Position numbers and translations under genes: made by a program | Shown: in pieces, positions 54,751-64,000 of the stretch | How the letters are laid out: each line of letters begins with the position of its first letter | How positions within the stretch are numbered: the stretch's first letter is position 1 | The notes under the pieces: model-generated | Database searches by the model: none | The model's input: only the letters and a program-made list of their open reading frames with translations | What the model was told of the DNA's origin: nothing | Assembly: GCA_951406725.2 (NCBI GenBank) | Contig: OX597817.1 | Coordinates: 25,730,001 to 25,794,000 of the forward strand | DNA: 64,000 nucleotides | Direction: 5' to 3' | Origin: Octopus vulgaris | Taxonomy: Eukaryota

Positions 54751-55276
54751 TCATAGAATTGTATTGGATTTTATTATATGGAAATATATTATTTCAGATT
54801 TGTTGAATGTAGTTTAGCATCATCAAAGTCTTGTGCAAAATTACTAGTGGCATTATTTCCAGCTCTTACCATTTTGGGTTTCAAATTCCATTGCAGTTAA
54901 CTTTACCTTTAATTCTTCCTGTTCACTATGATACTTTACCAGTTACATACTTGGAATGATGCGATCAGAAAGGAAGCTGCCAGCCACTAAGATTGTTGAG
55001 TTTGTGACTAAATTAGAAACAGTTGTTATTAGCAAGTGTAATACTAATCAATTTAGGTTGATCAGCACAGTATAAAATAGGAAGATATGTGTAAAAATAC
55101 ACACACTTACACAAACAGCTACATGTATATATGCAAAATACATACACACATATACATAAAAATACACACAGGCATATGGTTTTTCTTTCTTTATATATGT
55201 GTGTGTGTGTGTATGTGTGCATGTGTGTATGTATGTATGTATGTGCATGTGTGTGTTTAATGTATACAGTCATATA

Positions 55277-55490
55277 TCTATTATATAAAATCCCTTCTGC
55301 CTGTCTGTGTGTGTGTGTCTTCTAGGATTTCGGGCATCCTCCATCCGATTGTGCTCAAATTTGATATGTAGATACCGACAGTATCAGGGCGTGTATAAGT
55401 CTTGAAAAAATTACAAAAATCGATTCCAAGTGAGAATGCGATCGATAAAGCCGTGGGAACCTGCGTTTCTTTGTGCAAGTACATCAGTTG
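55277..55490 (+). mobile_element. Helitron-like 5' fragment
   Basis: TCTATTATATAAAA...GTCTGTGTGTG...CCGATT..CTCAAATTTG, similar in layout to the other Helitron-like 5' ends; 3' end unclear. Confidence 0.4.
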
Positions 55491-56771
55491 AAATCCATAT
55501 TTTGCTGATGTCTCAAATTTAGGTTAAATCAGTGTTTCTCAAAGGGGAGGCCTATGGGATGGTCAAACAAGTTGTTTTGAGAAAATTTGGTTTAAATGTT
55601 TGACAACTCTGCACCGTCCATTGGATGGGGGAGGGTGCGTTTTGTTCGTGTATACATATACAGAGATATATATTTGTTCAATATACATTTACAGAAGCAA
55701 TACTTTAACTCATTATCAGTGTTCTGCTCTGTGTTTTCAGTGGGTTTTGTGTCTTACAATAGACATCCTCATCAAGGTGACTTGATCTCAGTTACTGAAG
55801 CCTTGGCCTATGAACAAGTGGCATTTAACTACCCCTACCAAAATCACCTCTTTGCAGCCAAAGCCATGTAGAAGCATTCTCAGCAGCATCTACATTGCTA
55901 CTGATGTCTCTTTCTCTCTTCATTCTTGTAATTACCAGTTGTCCATGGGCCTTACTCAAGATATGACCTGTGACCCTTGTTTGCCAAGTTCCACTGGCAA
56001 ACACCTTCTTCACTTATTCTTGCAGCAGTCCCTCATATGACCTCTGGTGCTTAGTTCCCTTCCCCTTCTGCACCTCCTCCATCCTCTCCTCCTAGGGTTC
56101 AGCTAACTTTGATTTGATCTTGTTGTTGTGGAAACCAAGATGATATCTGGTTTCAATAAGGACTAGTTGACATGTGCAGGAAATTTTCACAGTTTCACTA
56201 GATCAACTTTGTAACTCAGTTTTGTACAATGGAAAGTGAACCAGTCCGTGTACTTGTATTTATGCATACAATAATATATAAAATTACATGCATGCACATT
56301 CTGTGAGCACCCATATTTTTGTATCTATACAAAATTTTGCTTCTTTGTTATTTATTCCAGAGAGAACCACATTTTAGGAAATGCAAGTTTTTCTCCATTA
56401 TAATCATTAGTTGTGTTTCATGGCACAAATTTTCAATGTGGTTACTGGAAATAAGAATAGAAGATATCAACATTTGTTTGTTTTCCTTTCTTTGCATAAA
56501 AATCTTCAATGGATTGCAAGGGATCTTGTAGTGTTCCCAAGGAAATTTATCACTAAATGTATATTAATGAAAGCATTACAGAAAACACAACATAATGATG
56601 TAACATATATTGATTCAAGTGCTGAAAAAAGTATACATATGCAAGCATAGCAATACATATCTAACAGAGTGTTCATATGTGTGTATGTATGGGGTGTATA
56701 TTGAAAAAGTTAGAGACGAATTCATGCATATAAACATGTGTGCATTATATATATATATATATATATATATA

Positions 56772-57354
56772 TACTCTTTTAGTCTTTTACTTGTTTCAGT
56801 CATTTGACTGCAGCCATGCTGGAGCACCGCCTTTAATCGAGTAACTTGACCCCGGGACTTATTCTTTTGTAAGCCCAGTACTTATTCTATCGGTCTCTTT
56901 TGCCGAACTGCTAAGTAACGGGGACATTAACACACCAGCATCGGTTGTCAAGCAATGCTAGGGGGACAAACATAAACACACAAACACACACACGCATATA
57001 TATATATAACGGGAAGCTTTATGAAAATAAACAAAAGACGAAGGCAGGTGGAAAACAAACGAACAATTGTATTAGTATGGCGCTCAGGAAATATAAATAA
57101 AACAAGTCTTTAACGTTTCGAGCCTACGCTCTTCAACAGAAAGATACACAGAGAGAGAAAAACACAGAAAGAAGGAGAGATATACATATATACGACAGGC
57201 TTCTTTCAGTTTCCGTCTACCAAATCCATTCACAAGGCTTTTGGTCGGCCCGAGGCTATAGTAGAAGACACTTGCCCAAGGTGCCATGCAGTGGGACTGA
57301 ACCCAGAACTATGTGGTTGGTAAACAAGCTACTTACCACACAGCCACTCCTACG

Positions 57355-57356
<2 letters not shown>
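56772..57356 (-). mobile_element. SINE family A with a nested insert (57008-57180) in its (TA)n
   Basis: Both SINE halves are intact around a ~170-bp foreign segment. Confidence 0.88.
57107..57144 (-). ncRNA. Minimal hammerhead-like motif (A6U core variant)
   Basis: Minus strand: UCUUU CUGUUGA A GAGC guag GCUC GAAAC GUU AAAGA; stems I and II pair perfectly; loopless palindromic stem III (AACGUU). Confidence 0.6.
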
Positions 57357-57395
<39 letters not shown>

Positions 57396-57452
57396 AAATT
57401 AAATAAGGGTAGAAAGCATATTTAAAAATCTGAAGATTAAAAATTGTGTTAC

Positions 57453-57677
57453 ATACAAAATTAAGAGGAATGACTACTAAAGTGGACAACCTATATGCTA
57501 AACATAGACGTCAAATCACTATTACCACGAAGAATGTGTTCTCAAGAAAAAAATCTTAGCAGGCGTTTTACTGAGATTTTTTTCTTGAGAACAAATTCTT
57601 TGTGGTAATGGGGATTTGACGTCTAAGTTTAGCGTATAGGGTGTCCACTTTAGTGGTCATTCCTCTTAATTTTGTAT
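57453..57677. repeat. Long imperfect hairpin (about 108-bp arms) next to (TA)n
   Basis: atacaaaattaagaggaatgac...ctcaagaaaaaaatc / gatttttttcttgag...gtcattcctcttaattttgtat. Confidence 0.92.
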
Positions 57678-57917
57678 ATATATATATCAATACAATCAGA
57701 AACACATACACATACATACAACTGTTTCCATACAGTTCCACGTGAGGCTATATGTGTGTTTGAAACTGTTGTGTGTGTGTGTGTGTACATGCATGTCTGT
57801 TTATGTGGATGCATGAGATAGATATATGTAGACCTCTGTAGTCAATTCAATATAGTCTTGCAATTTTAAGTATGGTACAGACGGAGAGGTTATATGGTAC
57901 AGGCATAGACATGTTCA

Positions 57918-58322
57918 GGCGTAGGAGTGGCTGTGTGGTTAGTAGCTTTGATAACCAACCACATGGTTCCGGGTTCAGTCCCACTGCGTGGCATCTTGGG
58001 TAAGTGTTTTCTGCTATAGCCCCGGGCCGACCAATGCCTTGTGAGTGGATTTGATAGATGGAAACTGAAAGAAGCCTCTCGTATATATGTATATATATAT
58101 ATATGTGTGTGTGTGTTTGTGTGTCTGTCTTTGTTCCCCTAGCATTGCTTGACAACCAATGCTGGCGTGTTTACGTCCCCGTCACTTAGAGGTTCGGCAA
58201 AAGAGACCGATAGAATAAGTACTGGGCTTACAAAGAATAAGTCCCGGGGTGGATTTGCCCGACTAAAGGCGGTGCTCCAGCATGGCCACAGTCAAATGAC
58301 TGAAACAAGTAAAAGAGAGAGT
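57918..58322 (+). mobile_element. SINE family A
   Basis: Full-length match. Confidence 0.9.
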
Positions 58323-58367
58323 ATGTAGTGCAAGGCAAGTTCATCTCCATAAATACATACATATATA

Positions 58368-58870
58368 TCATCATCATCATCATCGTTTAAGGTCAGCTTT
58401 TCATGCTGGCATGAGTTGGAAGGTTTGACTGAGGACTGGCAAGCCAGGAGGCTGCATCAAGCTCCAATCTAATTTGGCAAGTTTTCTACAGCTGGATGCC
58501 CTTCCTAATGCCAATCACTCTGAGAATGTAGAGGATGCTTTTTACATGCCACTGGCATGGGAGCCAATCAGGCAGCACTGGTGTCAACCATGCTGAAATT
58601 GTGCTTTTTATATACCACTGGCATGGGAGCCAATCAGGCAGCACTGGTGTCAACCATGCTAAAATGGTGCTTTTTATATGCCACTGGCATGGGAGCCAAT
58701 CAGGCAGCACTGGTGTCAACCATGCTAAAATGGTGCTTTTTATATGCCACTGGCATGGGAGCCAATCAGGCAGCACCGATAGCAACCATGCTGAAATAGT
58801 GCTTTTTATATGCCACTGACATGGGTGTCATTCAAGCAGCACTGATATTGGCCACAATCGAATGGTGTAG
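58368..58870 (-). mobile_element. Family E element with internal 66-bp minisatellite (about 4.5 units, 58538-58830)
   Basis: Unit gctttttatatgccactggcatgggagccaatcaggcagcactggtgtcaaccatgctaaaatggt; 22-aa periodicity in the ORF track. Confidence 0.88.
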
Positions 58871-59099
58871 ATGCATATATATATATTGAAATTGCCTAGA
58901 ATGTAACGAAGTAAGTTGTCCTTTTATGTTGCTATCATTGTGTCTTTTGTGTTGTGAAGCATCCTGATGAGAGGAGTGTCTGTTTCATTAAAATATGAAA
59001 TTTATGTCATATTTATGTCAAATTCAAAATCAAAATCAAAATCAAAATCAAAATCAAAATCAAAATCAAACCAAACCAAATCAAATCAGATATCAGAAA

Positions 59100-59500
59100 G
59101 CAGAACCAAAATCAAAGTCGATCAACATCAATGGAAATTGCGGGTGTGATACCAGTGCTGGTGACAAGTAAGCGAACCATCCGATCATGGCCGTTGCCAG
59201 CGCCGCCCCGACTGGCCTCCGTGCCAGTGACACGAAAAAAGCACCATCCGTTCGTGGCCGTTGCCAGCCTCGCCTGGCCCCCGTGCAGGTGGCACATAAA
59301 AAGCACCATCCGTTCGTTTCCGTTGCCAGCGCCGCCCCGTCTGGCCTCCGTGCTGGTGGCACGTAAAAGCACCATCCGTTTGTGTCCGTTGCCAGCCTTG
59401 CCTGGCCCCTGTGCTGGTGGCACATAAAAGAACCATCCATTCGTGGCCGTTTGCCAGCTCCGTCTGGCTCCTGTGCAGGTGGCACCCACTACACTCACGG
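59100..59500 (+). mobile_element. Family E 5' part with GC-rich 61-67-bp tandem units, preceded by (AAAATC)n
   Basis: Unit starts at about 59174, 59241, 59303, 59369 and 59430; ends cccactacactc as in other family E copies. Confidence 0.8.
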
Positions 59501-60044
59501 AGTTTTTTATATCTATTTATATATCTATTTATGTATTTATATATTTTTAAAATGCCTACGTATTTTTAAATATTTTTAAATATTTGTATATTTTTAAATA
59601 TTAAATATTCATATGTTTATATACTTGTATATTTTTAGTACTGTATTATCTGGAAGTTTATATTGATTTATTAATGTCCAATGAAAGTACACATATATAT
59701 TGAATATTCTATTGGATAATAGGTCATGTTCCTCTAGTTTTCCGCTGGTATTGCCTCCATTCAAATTATAATTTGGAACTTGGCTCAATTTGAGCACTTT
59801 GATTCTAGCCTGTTTCTGAGCATTGTTAAAGTTAACAATCTCTACATAGATTTGTATAATTTATATATACATATAGACATACATACAAGCACACACACAC
59901 TCACACATATATACACAAAATTGCACAGATATGTATTTATGGAGATGAACTTTTGCATTGCACTACATGCCTATGCCTTTACCATATAACCTCTTCATCT
60001 GTACCATGCATAAAATTTTGAGACTATATTAAATTGACTACAGT

Positions 60045-60445
60045 GGCGCAGGAGTGGCTGTGTGGTAAGTAGCTTGTTTACCAACCACATGGTTCCAGGT
60101 TCAGTCCAATTGCGTGGCACCTTGGGCAAGTGTTTTCTACTATAGCCTCAGGCCGACCAAAGCCTTGTGAATGGATTTGGTAGACAGAAACTGAAAGAAG
60201 CCCATCGTATATAAGTATATATATGTATGTGCGTGTCTGTTTGTGTGTCTGTGTTTGTCCTCCTAGCATTGCTTGACAACCGATGCTGGTGTGTTTAAGT
60301 CCCCGTAACTTAGCGGTTCGGCAAAAGAGACGGATAGAATAAGTACTGGGCTTACAAAGAATAAGTCCCGGGGTCGAGTTGCTCAATTAAAGGCGGTGCT
60401 CCAGCATGGCCGCAGTCAAAATGACTGAAACAAGTAAAAAAAAAA
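60045..60445 (+). mobile_element. SINE family A
   Basis: Full-length match. Confidence 0.9.
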
Positions 60446-62459
60446 ATATCTATCTCATGCATCCACATAAACAGACATGCATGCACACACACACACACAC
60501 ACACAGCAGCTTCAAACACACATATAGCTTCACATGAAACTGTATGAAAACAGTTGTATGTATGTGTATTGTATTTATATATAGTATAAGCATATAAATG
60601 TGTATGCATAAAATTGTATATATAAGCTTTGTGTGCGTGTGTGTGTATATCTTTTAACCTTTGTTTTTAAGGTTTAGTCAAGTGAATCAACTCCAGTACT
60701 TATTTTTAAACCTGGTACATATTCTATGTGTCTCTTGCTGAACCTTTCAGTAGGGAAGGTTAACAAACATTGGTTGCTAGGGAATGGTGATGGTGGTGGT
60801 GGTGATGGAGGATAAACCTAAATACAAAGGCACATACACATAGATACATACACGCATAAACATATATTCTTCCAGTTACTGCCTAAAAAGTCTACTGACA
60901 ATGATTTAGTCATCCCAAGACTATTGTAGAAGATACTTGCCCAAGGTACTATGCAATGGGATTTAACCCAGAAGTAAGTGATTAAAAAGCAAAGTTCTTA
61001 CCTCATAGACTCACCTGCATCTATATGTATATTTAATTGTTAAAACTAAAAGGACATTTTCTATTCAAAAGCTTTATTGCTGAACCAAGATCAATATCTC
61101 CTCTTACATGGTCTTCAGAAAAGTGTACTTTTTATGCATAAACACTTTAAAATTGGTGATATTTATGCATTATTTAAAATTGGTGAAGCAGCATTACTTT
61201 ATAATTTCAACTTACCAATAAACACATATAGCATTCTATTTTTGTTTAGTTGTTCAACTTTAATTGCCATTTCCAGAACATTTTAATATCACACCTTCTG
61301 ACTGATATGGAGCTTTCTTCACAAGGGAATATCTTAATATCTACAATCTGACACAAATTGATTTTATTTTATTGTTATTTTAAAGAATATGAACACACCA
61401 CATATTTATAAGAGTAAATTGTATATTATTGCTTGGGACAATCTAAAATAACAATATTAGTATTTTTAGATTGGATATTACTGAAGATATTCTATCTAAA
61501 TGGTGTATCTAACAACAGAAAATATACCAAATTGTACCAAAGTCTTACTAAGCAATACACACATTAAGATTTGGATTCAAGCCTGAAATATTACAAAAGT
61601 TTTGTTCATTAGACAGGGATTTTGATGAATATAGTACATTTCAACTCTCACTGAGGGTGAAGAATGTTGACTCCATGTAGGCATAAACATACTGACCTTT
61701 TGGAATTCAATAACTAATTTTATTGATTTAGTCACCTGTGACTTTTAACATCAGATGTATTTAAATGGCAAAATTATTGGATAGATAAATTCAGAAAACT
61801 GTTAATAGGGCAAAGTTAATTCAAAAAGAATGCAGTAATTTTAGTCACCTAATTTGCTTCATTGATCTCTGACAATATACTCTTTATAATCTTGTTTTAT
61901 GTCCATCTTACCAAGCTCACATGTGTGAAAGAGTTTTGACAGATTTTTAATATATTTGCATATTATTAAATGCATCAATTTTATTACAGAAGTGTTTCAT
62001 CAAATGTGAAATAGATGTCATAGCATTTCTCAACCAAGTAGAAGTGAGCTGAGTGATGTGTCTCTTTTGAAGAGCAGACGTATGTATGTAGCAAATTTTT
62101 AAACTAATGAGCATCTGTTTTGGAGTTAATCAACTTAAGCTCGCTGCTACTGTTCCAGGTCTAATGAAGGAAATGGGGTTTATAATGTTGAACATCTATT
62201 ATTAAAATTCAATTGCAGAGTGTGTTATAAATTAAATTCTTTTACATTAATTTAGTGTACAAATCAGTAAAATTTTGTGTGATATATTGATATATTCAAC
62301 CTGTAGTATCAGTGAACAAGTTACAGATGTAAAATAAAAGAACTTGATAATTAGCACAATGTTATTGGAAAAAATACATAATGATGTTACTGTGGGTGTA
62401 AAAATAAAGTAGAGCCAGTCACATTTGCTAGTAAGCATGTTTTAGCTAATTATTTAAGA

Positions 62460-62845
62460 CTAGCAGTATCGCCTGGCGTTGCTCAGGTTTGTAAGGGAAA
62501 TAACTATAAAGCATTTTTAGAGAGTTATAGCCAAAAAATAGCAAAAAAATGGAAAAAAATGATGGTAAATTTTTTTTTGGAGATTTAAAAAAGGTGGAGT
62601 TGCGCCCCCTAGACAGTTTGTGGTTCGTGTTTCTGATTCTCGACCCCATGTCGAATTTATCGATTTTTTTCAGAACTGGGGAAACTTTTCAAAATTTTCG
62701 CTGCGTTAGTTTTGAATTATGACATTGGGCTATGTGTGTGTCAAGTTTCATCAGAATCGGTTGAAAGCCGTGGTCAGGGTGAGGGTACAAGCAAACAGAC
62801 ACACAGAAACACGCACAGACAAACTGCCGTTTATATATAGAGAGA
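62460..62845 (-). mobile_element. Non-autonomous Helitron-like element
   Basis: Same 3' hairpin+CTAG end on the minus strand; different 5' half beginning TCTCTCTATATATAAA. Confidence 0.8.
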
Positions 62846-63269
62846 TGTTTATGTACTCATTAGAAGACGTCAGCATCTTCTTAGGTCTCTCACATTTGAC
62901 CCATCACAAGATCCAAAATAGGATGTCTTGAATGAGAGAGGGCTGCATCAGTACCAGAGTGAAGTAACATGAAATGAAGTACCTTGCCCAAGAGCACAAT
63001 GCATTGTCTATTCCATGAAGAAAACATTAAGCTTCATGACTAAGACAAAAGTCTCACCACTAGGCCACATACCTACACATATAACCTTATTATTGTGCTT
63101 TGAATGGAAAAATGTTTACAGCCCAATTTCTGATCAAATCTCTTACCAAACAGCTGCAGCAAAGTAATTTCAGAGGCTCCAATTTGGTTGTAACTGTGTA
63201 AAAGATAAATAACTAGCAACAATGTAACAAGCAAATTTAGAACATAATTTGACAGTGACATATATTAAA

Positions 63270-63590
63270 TCATCATCATTCAACGTCCGCTTTCCATGCT
63301 AGCATGGGTTGGACGGTTCAACTGGGGTCTGGGGAGCCCGAAGGCTGCACCAGGCCAGTCAGATCTGGCAGTGATTCTACAGCTGGATGCCCTTCCTAAT
63401 GCCAACCACTCCGAGAGTGTAGTGGGTGATTTTATGTGCCACCGACACAGGTGCCAGACGAGGCTGGTGAACGGCCACGCTCAGATGGTGTTTTTATGTG
63501 CCACCGACACAGGTGCCAGATGAAGCTGGTGAACGGCCACGCTCGGCGAACGGCCACGCTCGGGCGAACGGCCACGCTCGGGCGAACAGG
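63270..63590 (-). mobile_element. Family E element with internal tandem units
   Basis: catcatcat..aacgtccgctttccatgctagcatggg tail; repeated tgccaccgacacaggtgccaga and gaacggccacgctc units. Confidence 0.85.
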
Positions 63591-64000
63591 TTGTAAAGGT
63601 TTAATAGTATTTGATACTTAATAGCTAATGCTTTATGCTTTTGTGTTTTTATACACATATATGAATGTTTTAACCTCATGCATGTCCTCGTTAATATCAC
63701 TTGAGCGAAAACAAAAGGGGAAAGAAAGAAAACTCTTTGTTTACATTCTCTGGTAAGCAAAATCTCATAGAGTTAGCTTTCAAAGTATCATAGGCAATGG
63801 AATGAAAAGCAAATACCTTGATAGGGAAAAATTAAGGGTTGGCACTGGGAAGAACGTTCAGCCACGGGAAATCTGTTTCAAATTTGTTTAACAATAACGA
63901 AATGTAAATGGACATTAAATCAAAGGAACTTTAAAAAAAAAACATAATAAAGTTACATAACATTGTGGTTTATCCTTATAATGACTATTATTAAAGCTTG

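Noticed and set aside
58960-59010. CTGATGA...GAAA hammerhead-like text
   Set aside because: Stems I and II do not pair.
58538-59485. Regularly spaced repeats resembling a CRISPR array
   Set aside because: Units are contiguous with no unique spacers; eukaryotic minisatellite inside a SINE-like element; no cas genes.

Overview
AT-rich, microsatellite-dense eukaryotic non-coding DNA (intergenic or large intron). The SINE families and the (TA)n/(TACA)n load suggest a coleoid cephalopod, probably Octopus; this is my recognition, not a database result. No intact host protein-coding gene is visible, and almost all listed ORFs are microsatellite or SINE read-throughs. The window holds: (1) a full-length frameshifted IR/DR Tc1 (DD34E) element and a truncated mariner; (2) R4/Dong-type (RLE), RTE and Penelope-like retroelement remnants; (3) at least four SINE families; (4) non-autonomous Helitron-like elements; (5) four copies of a Merlin-like MITE with internal telomeric repeats, and a piggyBac-like MITE; (6) several long palindromes; (7) a decayed LRR/Toll-like pseudogene candidate; (8) a motif-dense Pol II promoter candidate near the left edge. 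Most notable are short elements carrying minimal type-I hammerhead ribozymes (one canonical, others with core variants) that sit in (TA)n tracts, three inside the internal (TA)n of SINE family A, and R4-clade elements apparently split between (TAA)n and (TACA)n targets.
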